Positions 39,701-47,980 are shown, numbered from the stretch's first letter. The stretch: DNA of 64,000 nucleotides from Candidatus Omnitrophota bacterium (GCA_018902915.1 JAHIPS010000106.1:5504-69503); one strand, 5' to 3'. Numbers and translations: made by a program. Notes: a model not told the origin generated them from the letters alone.

Positions 39701-39902
39701 TAGGCCGCGTGACAAGCGTCTCTACCTCCTGCGGTGGCATACCTCCTCTTACAGCAACGATTATGCTTATATCACCATACACGACATTGGGCTTGAGCTC
39801 GACTGGCAGGCGCTGCAACGACACAAACCCCACCAGCACTACTCCGATGAATAGCATGAATATCGTTATCGGACGTTTGACTGAAAATTCAGACAAATTC
39901 AT
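36738..39902 (-). CDS. RND efflux permease (AcrB/HAE1 family), second of a tandem pair.
   Basis: 1054 aa with a 12-TM RND topology, large periplasmic loops and the typical N-terminus MNLSEFSVKRPITIFMLFIGVVLVG. Confidence 0.9.
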   Translation of the reverse strand: MNLSEFSVKRPITIFMLFIGVVLVGFVSLQRLPVELKPNVVYGDISIIVAVRGGMPPQEVETLVTRPIEEVVSSVNYLENLYSTSKAGESRIWLEFEPGTNMNFAALEVREKFSKIRDKLPREIEKPIIAQYKESDTPVLLLAVTGEGYTPEMLRKVVDEEMKEYILRVNGVANVDVYGGRERKILVEVDQNKLYKYHIPMEHVVNSLGANNLNLLAGDIERRKNKYLVRIMGEFESLQDIEDIGVSTTPQGSVIKLKEVARIRDSFLEPVSYARTDIEPVVSLYIQKESTANTIKVVSNVQKELRRLKRKLDKRIFIKATLNQAETIQEAINAVKTSLIYGAILAVMILILFLRDAGPTSIIAATIPISVMATFILMFFNKISINVMTLSGLALGIGMLVDNSIVVLDNIDKKKKAILFKAKPRTGLSEASPWTAGWREKYTQAAVSGASEMGLAIVASTITTIIVFLPFVFVNKATRMLWSGLSLTVTYSLLSSLFVALTLVPMLTDRMKKIPAAPRPKKKLFQKNIFLNIQAYYRRFLGTGLKLRYLFVVAAFGILVLALLMGSKIDREFMAGTEEGRFTIFIELEPGAKLDVTDQMVKEIELLLSKIPEIKTFTSRVEPWSSKAYVKLVALAQRERSTKVIIDDIRAQAKTVEQKYKGGFIYFSEIEEKGLKEIVLDLYGYDYAILKELAVSIATRLGTIEGFEDIRMSRISGRPEWGITVDKERAGMYGLTTKDISETLHSEIRGLRATLYHTEAREIETVSRLRKEDRERLDDLRKLVLFSEDGYPILLEQVANFTPQIGSSEIVRKNKMRVVHITAMVTKYSLIAAVKRIRANLSDMEFPRDYYYRIGGNYERNLENERELWAFPTGVLWITIFLVYLVLASLFESYTQPFIIMISVPLAVIGIIIALKITHKPISRGVIIGAIMLAGIVVNNAIVLVDRINFLRRQKSTNLLKSLIEAGEDRLRPIAMTTSTTILGLMPMAFDRSESSNLWSPLAITVIGGMASSTILTLFLVPSLYLIFEDLKALILKPKELFIVVRNRIYGIIN

Positions 39903-40066
39903 AATATTCTAGTATTCTAGAGACGTCTACCAACTCAATCGGGAACCTGCCCTTTTTCCAAGAAGGAAGCTGTCTTTTACATCTACATCTTTAAAGACAC
40001 GTTCCCGAACAAACTCAAGACAGCTTCCCGAACAGATTGGTAGACGTCTCTCCTTGTTACTCCTTG
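39903..40066 (-). other. Structured intergenic element between the two RND genes: 15-bp perfect inverted repeats flank about 105 bp that contain nested inverted and direct repeats (MITE-like or RNA structure).
   Basis: AGAGACGTCTACCAA at 39919-39933 matches TTGGTAGACGTCTCT at 40037-40051; each arm contains the palindrome AGACGTCT. Inner stems are GGGAAC (39941-46) with GTTCCC (40001-06), and GGAAGCTGTCTT (39965-76) with AAGACAGCTTCC (40017-28). Direct repeats: TATTCTAG x2 at 39905-39918 (39905-12, 39911-18, overlapping by 2 nt) and TTCCCGAACA x2 (40002-11, 40025-34). Confidence 0.7.
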
Positions 40067-43000
40067 TTATTCCTTTAATTCGTACCAGCGGCCTGGGCCG
40101 AGCGGGCCGTGGGCAGTCAAAAATCCTTTATCCAGCATCTCCTTTAAGTCCCTGGCCGCTGTTGGCACAGATACCTTAAAAAGCTCTGCGTATTCCTTGC
40201 GCGTAATCTTACCTGTCTTCTTTAAATGTTCCAATAATTGCTCCTGGCGACTGTTTAGTTTTGACACCACTGGCTTTTCAGGCACAGCAGGCGGCTCTGG
40301 CTCTGGCGGCGGCACTAACTTAATAACCTTTTTCTCTTTGACCTGTGGTTTTAAGATAGGTTCGACCTTTGGCGCAGTTGACACTGGTTTAATTACAGGC
40401 GCAACTTTTGCCCTTTCGCTGATAATCCCTGCAACAATCGTATAAACGCATGGAATAACAAAAAGCGTGAGCAAGGTTGAAACAACAAGTCCGCCCATAA
40501 CTGTTATTGCCATCGGACTCTGCAGGGCTGAACCTTCTGACAACCCCAGCGCCAATGGAAAAAGGCCCAGCACAGTAGTCATCGTGGTCATAAATATAGG
40601 CCTGAGCCTGGTTTTTCCTGATTCAATAACAGCTTCTACGAGCTCCACGCCTCTGGAGCGCATTCTATTTATAGAATCGATCAGTATGATGCCGTTATTT
40701 ACGACAATACCGCCGAGTATTATTACACCGAGCATGACCACGACACTTATAGGAGTATTTGTCAAAAACAATGCCAGAAACACGCCCATTAAAGAAAGCG
40801 GCACTGTAAACATGATGACAAAAGGCTGCCATAACGACTCAAACTGCGCAGCCATTATCATGTAGACCAGAAGTATTGATAGAAGAAGCGCGAATCTCAA
40901 AGAGTCAAAAGACTCTGCCATCTGCTGGCTCTCGCCTGATAGCGCTATATCGATATCTTTTTCCGCGTCACTCATATTCCTGGCGTTACCTATTATATTT
41001 TGCTCAACCCCCCTTATCATCGCTTCTACATCCATTATGACCTTGTTCAATGCCCTGTCTTTAATATTCGCTGTCACCAAAACCACTCTCTGCTGATCGA
41101 GCCTCCTTATCTCGGTCGGCCCTAACCCTTGCGCAATGTAAGCGACCTCGGAGAGCGGCACCTCTATATCAAGCGGCGAGTGAATAAGAATATTCCTGAT
41201 CTGCGAGAGTCGCGAGCGCCCCTCTTTTCTCAACCTGACCCTTATATCTATCTCCCTTCCTTCTTCCTTAAACCTGGTAGCCACCACTCCTTTTATAGCA
41301 GTATGAGCTGCCTGCGAAATCACGCCGCTCGAAAGATTATAAAGCGCTGCCTTGTCCTTGATGACATTCACCTTTGTTTCAGGCGAAGGCTGACTAAGAC
41401 TTGTCCGTATGCCGTAAATGCCCTTTATCTCGGAAAGCCTGTCTTTAATGTTTTTAGAAATGTCCTCTATCTTTTTCAGGTCCTTTCCTTTTATCTCAAG
41501 CACTATAGGGGCTGACCCCTGCATGGCAGTCTTAAAAACACTTTCCTGCAATATAAACTCTATGTTCGCGCCCTCTAAATTCATCCTGTCCAGCTTGACC
41601 TTTAGTCTCCCTACTACGCTGGAAGTCGAAGGCCATTTTCTTCCTTTTTTTAGACTCACTATGATCTGCGATTGATGCGAACTCATTGTCTCGAGCCCCT
41701 GGGCATAATCCTTTTTTTTGCTCGAACCTATGCTTACAGCTGCGCCCTCGACCTCTTTCATTTCAAAAAGCGCCTTCTCTATCTTTTCGACAACGCTGTT
41801 CGTGACATCCAGCTTTGTGCCGCTCTGCATGGTGACCTTCATAATAAATTCGCGCTGGTCTATCTTGGGCATAAATTCCTTGTCTATCAGGAAAAAAAGA
41901 CCCAGGCTCATAACAAAAATAACGAGCACGACTATCAGAAACGGCCATCTTAATTTCAATACCTTCGGGATTATCGCGGAATAAAGCGGACCTAATCCAA
42001 AAACAGAACTGGCGCTGGGGTTAGTTTGTGTTTTTTTCGTATGGCGCGTCCTTATCGCGGTCAGGCGCGGGATCAATGAAAGCGCTACTATAAGCGATGC
42101 CAAGAGCGAAAAAGTCACAGTAAAAGCCAGCTCCTTAAATAGCTGGCCTGCCACGCCGACCACAAATACCATTGGCAAAAATACCGCCACTGTGGTAAGC
42201 GTTGAAGAAAATATCGAGGCCGCGACCTCGCTCGCGCCGGCCTTACTGGCCTCTTTTATATCAATTTTTTTCTGCAGCTGATTGTAGATATTTTCAATGA
42301 CCACTATGGCATTATCCACGAGCATTCCTATGCCAAGGGCCAGACCTCCCAGCGAAAGCATGTTGAGAGTTATACCGTTGAAATACATCAAGCTGAACGC
42401 AACCATAATGGATATAGGCATGGAGCCCGCGACTATTAAAGACGCCTTTACATTCCTCAAAAAGACAAAAAGCACCAGGAACGCCAAAACTCCTCCCTGG
42501 ATCGCCGCGTCCATAACCCCGCGTATGGACTGTTTTATAAATATAGACTGGTCATAGATTATATTCGCGTCCATGCCGCCGGGCAGATCCCTTTTTATAA
42601 TATCCAGTCTCTCTCTTACCTTTTGCGCGATGCGTATAGTATTGGTGCCTGCCTGCTTCTGCACTGATATCGAGATGTTTTCCTTGCCATTATAACGGGA
42701 TATGCTCGTCCGCTCCTGAAAGGTGTCCTTTATCTGGGCAATATCCTTCAGATATATAAGGCGCGATTCTTTTGGGGTCGCTTGTCGCTGTTGTAAATTC
42801 GACGGCGTCTCTTCCTCTATCTTATCCTTTCCCACCACCGTCTCTCTTATCTCAGGCACTACCTTGAATTCGCCCATTGTCCTTATGAGATATTCATAAA
42901 AATGTTCTTCTATCGTGCCGGCAGGATAATTTAGATTGGAGGATTTTAATGCGTCAACGATCTTTGTTATGGAAATCTTGGAAGCGGCCAGCCTTCCTTC

Positions 43001-43564
43001 ATCCACTGCGACGAGTATCTCCCTTTCCAGGCCGCCGCTGACATTACAGGAAGCTACGCCTTCCACCTTTTCAAGCTCGTCCTTTATGAATTTTCTTGAA
43101 AGCCTTAAAAGCTCGGCAGGTGTTTTATTGCCTGTGATGCTAAGCGTAAGAACAGGGAGCTCGAAAGGATTAAATTTCATTACTATGGGGTCGGCGGACC
43201 CGAGGGGCAGCCTCTCCTTTATAAGGTCTATTTTCTCGCGCACGCCCAGCGACGCGAAATCCATATTGGCGCCCCAGCCGAATTCAGCAGTGACTATAGA
43301 AACGCCTTCCTTTGATATAGAGCTTATGCGCTTGAGGTTAGAGACTGTGCCGACCGCTTCTTCTACTATCTTTGTGATAAGCGTTTCTACTTCTTCAGGC
43401 GCGGCGTTTTCATAGGTTGTAACTATTGTGAGCTGCGGGTAGGTAATGGAGGGAAACAGTTCTTGCGGCAGGCGCGTCAGGGATATGAGGCCCAGCATCA
43501 ATATCCCTATAAAGAACATGGATGTTGTAACGGGCCGGTTTACTGAAAATTCCGGAAGTCTCAT
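40067..43564 (-). CDS. RND efflux permease (first of the tandem pair) with a C-terminal cytoplasmic Pro-rich linker and winged-helix DNA-binding-like domain.
   Basis: RND core from MRLPEFSVNRPVTTSMFFIG to about aa 1030. Then VKEKKVIKLVPPPEPEPPAVPEKP, then NSRQEQLLEHLKKTGKITRKEYAELFKVSVPTAARDLKEMLDKGFLTAHGPLGPGRWYELKE. The last segment matches the Fic/AlbA-associated wHTH pattern (ITxKEYxELxxVSxxTAxRDLxxLxxKGxL...GRxxxYxL). Confidence 0.85.
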   Translation of the reverse strand: MRLPEFSVNRPVTTSMFFIGILMLGLISLTRLPQELFPSITYPQLTIVTTYENAAPEEVETLITKIVEEAVGTVSNLKRISSISKEGVSIVTAEFGWGANMDFASLGVREKIDLIKERLPLGSADPIVMKFNPFELPVLTLSITGNKTPAELLRLSRKFIKDELEKVEGVASCNVSGGLEREILVAVDEGRLAASKISITKIVDALKSSNLNYPAGTIEEHFYEYLIRTMGEFKVVPEIRETVVGKDKIEEETPSNLQQRQATPKESRLIYLKDIAQIKDTFQERTSISRYNGKENISISVQKQAGTNTIRIAQKVRERLDIIKRDLPGGMDANIIYDQSIFIKQSIRGVMDAAIQGGVLAFLVLFVFLRNVKASLIVAGSMPISIMVAFSLMYFNGITLNMLSLGGLALGIGMLVDNAIVVIENIYNQLQKKIDIKEASKAGASEVAASIFSSTLTTVAVFLPMVFVVGVAGQLFKELAFTVTFSLLASLIVALSLIPRLTAIRTRHTKKTQTNPSASSVFGLGPLYSAIIPKVLKLRWPFLIVVLVIFVMSLGLFFLIDKEFMPKIDQREFIMKVTMQSGTKLDVTNSVVEKIEKALFEMKEVEGAAVSIGSSKKKDYAQGLETMSSHQSQIIVSLKKGRKWPSTSSVVGRLKVKLDRMNLEGANIEFILQESVFKTAMQGSAPIVLEIKGKDLKKIEDISKNIKDRLSEIKGIYGIRTSLSQPSPETKVNVIKDKAALYNLSSGVISQAAHTAIKGVVATRFKEEGREIDIRVRLRKEGRSRLSQIRNILIHSPLDIEVPLSEVAYIAQGLGPTEIRRLDQQRVVLVTANIKDRALNKVIMDVEAMIRGVEQNIIGNARNMSDAEKDIDIALSGESQQMAESFDSLRFALLLSILLVYMIMAAQFESLWQPFVIMFTVPLSLMGVFLALFLTNTPISVVVMLGVIILGGIVVNNGIILIDSINRMRSRGVELVEAVIESGKTRLRPIFMTTMTTVLGLFPLALGLSEGSALQSPMAITVMGGLVVSTLLTLFVIPCVYTIVAGIISERAKVAPVIKPVSTAPKVEPILKPQVKEKKVIKLVPPPEPEPPAVPEKPVVSKLNSRQEQLLEHLKKTGKITRKEYAELFKVSVPTAARDLKEMLDKGFLTAHGPLGPGRWYELKE

Positions 43565-44784
43565 TCTTCTTCCTCGACACCACTCTCCTGTATCTCTATG
43601 ACATCGACGGGCAAACCGTCTTTGAGTTCCTGCGGCGTGTCTGTAACTACTATCTCACCTTCATAAAGACCGGAGGCAATCACAGTGTAATCAGTGGTAA
43701 CATAGGCAACCTCTACAGGCCTTGCGTGAACAGTATTGTTATCATCGATACTAAAAACAGTGTACTCGCCCTCTTCTTTATTCAAACTCATGCTCGGCAC
43801 GACTATCGCGTCCTCAAATTCAGCGACAGTAATCATGGCCCTTGCAAACATGCCAGGTAAAAGCATCGCGTTTTCATTCGCTATCCTCACTCTTACAGTA
43901 AGCGTCCTGGACTTGCCCTCGATTATCGGGAAGACATTGTTCACCGTGCCTGCAAACTTCATACCTGGATACGCATCCACTGTAACTTTAACAGCCTGGC
44001 CAAGCGCGATCTTATCGATATCTTTTTCTACAATACCCAATTCTACAAAGACATCCATGATATCGTATAGAGTAGCGACCTTGCCATTAGGCGTGACAAA
44101 TTCGCCCACCTCAGCATCCCTTGAACCCAGGACCCCATCGCGCGGGGCATAGAGATGTGTTTTATCGAGTTCCGCCTTTGCTGATTCAAGCTCAACCATA
44201 GCTGATTCAACCTGCAGTTCCGCGCCCCTGGCCTCCAGCTCCACCTCTTCTAATTTTGCCTTTATAATACCGCCTATCTCGTAAAGATTTTTGTGTATCT
44301 CGAGCTTTTTCTGCGCAGCAAGAGACTGTACCTTTGCAGACTCTAACTTGCTTTTAGAATAATCTACTTTTAGCTGCGCGTCCTTCTGGTTAAGCGCAGC
44401 TATTAAGTCTTTTTTATAAATAATATCGCCTTCTCTGAAATTCATGGATTCTATCGTGCCGTTTATCTCAAATTTAAGTTCTATCTCTAACGCGCCTTTT
44501 ACAGTGCCCATTACAGGTAGATCATCTTTGAAATCCATTAAACTTATCCTGTACGCGCGCACAGACACTGCTTCATTTCCCTGACCAGGGCCAGCTTCAC
44601 CAAACTCCGGCATACCTTCCATGCCCATGTCTCTTGCTGCCTGTCCTTTGTCTCTTGAAAGAAATCCTGGCAATTTCATCTTCCCAATCGGCATCTTCTT
44701 GGAAAGCGTAATGCCCCAGACTACAGCAAACCCCACTACCCACAACAGTATAAACCCTACCAATAATTTCTTTGATTTTTTCAT
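43561..44784 (-). CDS. RND efflux periplasmic adaptor (membrane fusion protein, HlyD family).
   Basis: N-terminal TM anchor, coiled-coil hairpin (AKVQSLAAQKKLEIHKNLYE...ELESAKAELDK), and beta-barrel/MP domains. Its 3' end overlaps the RND gene by 4 nt. Confidence 0.85.
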   Translation of the reverse strand: MKKSKKLLVGFILLWVVGFAVVWGITLSKKMPIGKMKLPGFLSRDKGQAARDMGMEGMPEFGEAGPGQGNEAVSVRAYRISLMDFKDDLPVMGTVKGALEIELKFEINGTIESMNFREGDIIYKKDLIAALNQKDAQLKVDYSKSKLESAKVQSLAAQKKLEIHKNLYEIGGIIKAKLEEVELEARGAELQVESAMVELESAKAELDKTHLYAPRDGVLGSRDAEVGEFVTPNGKVATLYDIMDVFVELGIVEKDIDKIALGQAVKVTVDAYPGMKFAGTVNNVFPIIEGKSRTLTVRVRIANENAMLLPGMFARAMITVAEFEDAIVVPSMSLNKEEGEYTVFSIDDNNTVHARPVEVAYVTTDYTVIASGLYEGEIVVTDTPQELKDGLPVDVIEIQESGVEEEE

Positions 44785-44807
44785 ATCGTCATCCCTTATG
44801 TATTACG

Positions 44808-44844
44808 ATGTTCAAGGCCGATGTTCAAGGCTTAGCCTTGAACA
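44808..44844. repeat. Palindromic repeat locus: a half copy at 44808-44819 plus a full 23-bp copy at 44822-44844.
   Basis: Same element as at 8781. It supplies MFKAKP plus the TGA stop of the OMF gene (stop at 44827..44825). Confidence 0.85.
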
Positions 44845-46660
44845 TCGGTCTTGCGTTGGCGATTCTGAAGGTGTCGTTGTCTAAAAACAAGGTGTAGCCC
44901 GAGGCCTTGTTCAGCCTGGCCAGGGATTGATACAGGCTCCCCAGCGCCTCTATATAATATGACTTTTCATCAGTAAGTTCCATGTGCGCCTTTAATAATT
45001 CTGATGACGGTATCTCGTTTAACCCTGCGCGGGCCTTTGCGATCTTTAGCTCCTCTTCCTTGTGTCTTATCTTGTTAAAATTGGTCTTTGCCTGGATAAG
45101 GCCTTTTTTGTAATTCAGGTATGATTCTTTGACCTCTTTAAAAATAGCGTCTTTGGCGGCATCCAATTCCTGCATGGCCTTTTTCAATGCTATTGAAGCT
45201 GACTTCTTTTCAGAAAAACTCTGGAGATTATCAAGTATCCCTAATTCCAGGGATTTACTAACTGATTCTGTCCTGGAGCTCTGCCCATGCTTTTGGCTTG
45301 TCTCTTCTTTCGTATAAGAAGCTGCCAGCGTGTTCCCTCCCAGGGGCTTTGACACCTTTAACCCGACATACCAGTCTTTATCCATGTTTAAAGGCTCGAA
45401 TTCATATGCGCCGCCTGATTTACCATATGTGCCTGTAAGGTCTACCTTGAACTGGTCTTTGGACAGGGCGATCTTGCGCTCGTAGTCATTAAAATCCAGC
45501 ATGTGCTCTTTTATCTTTAGATCAGGCCTGTTCCTGTAAGCCAGCTCCACGCAATCCTCCAGTGAAATATCTATGTCCACTGGCATCAGCATATCCAGAG
45601 ATTCCAGGTCTGTATCGACATCCACCAGCCCCTCTATGTCCTTCACATTCATGGCCTGCGTCAGGACCAGTTTCGCGATCTCCATATCGTTCTCGCTGGA
45701 TAGGACCTGATAACTGATCTGCTTCATCTGGGACTCCACCTGCAAAAATTCAGCCTTTGTGCTCAACTCAAGGTCAAACCTCTTCTTCGCGCCCTCAAAG
45801 ACCCCTTTCACGTCTTTCAAAAGGGCCTCCTGCAATTTAACGTTTGCCTTTGTAGCCAGATACGAATAAAACGCTATTTCAACCTCCATCCTCAAATCCT
45901 GCTGGACCTTATCATAGTTATAAGTAGACGCCTTCATATTCGAGATCGCCTGTTCCACCGCATATTTCAAGCGCCAGCCATAATACAGCGGGTACTCGAA
46001 CTTCATCTTATACTCTTTGTCCGTAAAATCCTGGGTATAGGCAGTGGTCTTGCCTGTGGTCTCCATTATATTAAGGCTTGCCGCTGGATAAAGCCCCCTG
46101 CGCGCCTCTCTTATCTTGAGCCTTGAAAGGCTTATTTCCTCTTCCGCAATCCTTGACGCCATATCATTCTCCATCGCGATATCCACTGCATCATCTATGC
46201 CCACCCCAACAAAAAACTCAGGCTGGGGCATGTCCTCTTTAACGGATTTAGCTCCGCTTTCGGGAAACCATGGCTTAGTCTTTTCAAATATAATCGGGAC
46301 ATCTATCCAGCGATCTTCATCCCCTAATTCCTCAGGAAACGGCTGATACCTGTCATACACCCATACTGCCTTTAAGCAGATGTTGTCCAGCTCTTTACTT
46401 CCTGAAGATTCAGAGACTTTAGCGTCTTTTAATTCCCCCCATGGAGAAAGAAAAAGACTTAACCTCAGCTCGCCTCTTGAACCTGACAGCATAGAATCCA
46501 CAGGTCTTTCTATAGAGCCATATATATCATTTGATAGATTAATTATATACTGGGATATTACTTCTTCTTTAGGCAGATTCGAAAGTGATACGGTAGGGTT
46601 TGCTGCTGTAACTGCAGCAACTACAAAAAGATATAATAACATGATACGCTTGATACGCAT
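44825..46660 (-). CDS. Outer-membrane efflux protein (TolC/OMF family) with an extra N-terminal TonB_C-like domain.
   Basis: aa about 150-611 is the OMF two-repeat coiled-coil/beta architecture. aa about 30-130 (GELRLSLFLSPWGELKDAKVSESSGSKELDNICLKAVWVYDRYQPFPEELGDEDRWIDVPIIF) matches the TonB/TolA C-terminal fold pattern (G.v.v.f.v...G.v..v.v..SsG...LD.aal.Av....f.P........v.vPi.F). Confidence 0.75.
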   Translation of the reverse strand: MRIKRIMLLYLFVVAAVTAANPTVSLSNLPKEEVISQYIINLSNDIYGSIERPVDSMLSGSRGELRLSLFLSPWGELKDAKVSESSGSKELDNICLKAVWVYDRYQPFPEELGDEDRWIDVPIIFEKTKPWFPESGAKSVKEDMPQPEFFVGVGIDDAVDIAMENDMASRIAEEEISLSRLKIREARRGLYPAASLNIMETTGKTTAYTQDFTDKEYKMKFEYPLYYGWRLKYAVEQAISNMKASTYNYDKVQQDLRMEVEIAFYSYLATKANVKLQEALLKDVKGVFEGAKKRFDLELSTKAEFLQVESQMKQISYQVLSSENDMEIAKLVLTQAMNVKDIEGLVDVDTDLESLDMLMPVDIDISLEDCVELAYRNRPDLKIKEHMLDFNDYERKIALSKDQFKVDLTGTYGKSGGAYEFEPLNMDKDWYVGLKVSKPLGGNTLAASYTKEETSQKHGQSSRTESVSKSLELGILDNLQSFSEKKSASIALKKAMQELDAAKDAIFKEVKESYLNYKKGLIQAKTNFNKIRHKEEELKIAKARAGLNEIPSSELLKAHMELTDEKSYYIEALGSLYQSLARLNKASGYTLFLDNDTFRIANARPMFKAKP

Positions 46661-46680
46661 TTTTTCTCCTTGTAAGCGAG

Positions 46681-46740
46681 AAGTATATCATATTATTATT
46701 ATTTTGTCAATAGTAGGACCCGTGATACGGTCTTGATACG
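46681..46740 (-). promoter_or_regulatory. Sigma70-like promoter for the efflux operon plus an array of CCGTATCA direct repeats (candidate operator).
   Basis: Minus strand: TTGACA (46709..46704), 17-bp spacer, TATACT (46686..46681), AAGGAG RBS. CCGTATCA x2 with 11-bp periodicity lies at 46740..46722 upstream of the -35. Two more GCGTATCA copies overlap the start codon (46658..46642). Confidence 0.5.
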
Positions 46741-46741
46741 G

Positions 46742-47980
46742 TTACGCCTTTATAAATACGTCCTTTATAACCACGCTTGCAGCGCCTAAAGCAGCAGAGT
46801 CTTTACCAAGATGCGCGGGTATTATCTTTACCGCATTAGCAGGCTCCTCAAATGCCCATTTCCTGACTGTCCTTCTCAATGGCTCCAGGAATAAACTGCC
46901 TGATTTCTCGATCCCGCCGCCTATTATAACTATCTCTGGGTTAAAAAGGTTTATTAGATACGCGACCCTCACGCCCATGTTAACAGCCGCGTCCTCTAAA
47001 AGCTCTATGGCAAGCGTGTCTCCGGATTTTGCCGATTCTATTATACCTTCAACTGTTATCTTATTGAGATCTTTTGCTGAAGACCCTGCTATGTTTGACT
47101 TAACGCTTTCTTCTTTTATAAGTTTCTTTGCCTGGCTTACCAATCCCAGGTCCAGTCCCAGTGGCAGTAAAAACGAAAGGTTTTTTGAAAGCCTTAGATA
47201 CTCTCCATTTCGCGGATAATTAATGCGGATCTCGCCTGCTGAGCCGCTCGCCCCGCAATAGATGCCGCCTTTTATTATAATACCACTACCTACGTCAGAA
47301 TACATATATACAACATCCTCTATGTCCATAGGGAGCGCGTACATCTTTTCTCCGAATGCTGCAAACGTTGCGTCATTTCCTAAAAACGATGGCATTCCAA
47401 ATCTCTGCTCGATCAAACCCTTTATGGATATATAACTCGTGCGTATCCCGTCCTTGGAGGAATCCCTCACTGTGCCAAGATTATCATCTATAACGCCTCC
47501 TACAGCTATACCGACACCCTTGACCCTATCCTTGCTAACGCCCTTTTTATTCATTAATTCTTCTATAAGGTCCAGGGATTTGTCGATGATCCTGTCCATA
47601 GAGTCTTTTTCTCTTGGCTTTTCAATCCTGGCGATTATCCTTCCTGAAAGGTCTGTAACTAATCCCACCATGGTAGCGCCCTGCGCGCCTGTGTGGCCAA
47701 GGTCAAGCCCCATAGCATGGCCATGGTCCTCCCTTAATTTTACAAGGGTCGGTTTTCTACCGCCAGAAGAGGCCTCCATGCCGCCTTCAGCAACCAGGCC
47801 CTCATTTATATAGGTATTTATATAATTAGAGACTGTCACTATATTAAGGTCTGTTATTTTTGAAATATCAGCCCTGGTAATAGGTCCGTTCCTGCGGACC
47901 AATTCCAGTATAGAAAAATTCTTTTTCTCGTGGTCTGACAATGAATGCGACTCAAAAAACCTGTTCTTCTTGATTGCCAT
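46742..47980 (-). CDS. ROK-family transcriptional regulator (NagC/XylR-like: N-terminal wHTH + sugar-kinase-like domain).
   Basis: HTH ILELVRRNGPITRADISKITDLNIVTVSNYI; ROK core GLDLGHTG...GIAVGGVID...C-x-C-G region. ATG 47980 has a GGAGGTAGAT RBS; the track start at 48040 has none. Confidence 0.8.
   Translation of the reverse strand: MAIKKNRFFESHSLSDHEKKNFSILELVRRNGPITRADISKITDLNIVTVSNYINTYINEGLVAEGGMEASSGGRKPTLVKLREDHGHAMGLDLGHTGAQGATMVGLVTDLSGRIIARIEKPREKDSMDRIIDKSLDLIEELMNKKGVSKDRVKGVGIAVGGVIDDNLGTVRDSSKDGIRTSYISIKGLIEQRFGMPSFLGNDATFAAFGEKMYALPMDIEDVVYMYSDVGSGIIIKGGIYCGASGSAGEIRINYPRNGEYLRLSKNLSFLLPLGLDLGLVSQAKKLIKEESVKSNIAGSSAKDLNKITVEGIIESAKSGDTLAIELLEDAAVNMGVRVAYLINLFNPEIVIIGGGIEKSGSLFLEPLRRTVRKWAFEEPANAVKIIPAHLGKDSAALGAASVVIKDVFIKA

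Noticed and set aside
39903-40066. A small RNA gene or tRNA in the 164-bp gap between the RND genes.
   Set aside because: No cloverleaf-compatible arrangement or conserved tRNA boxes are present. The symmetry is that of terminal inverted repeats or a hairpin. I classified it as a structured or MITE-like element instead.
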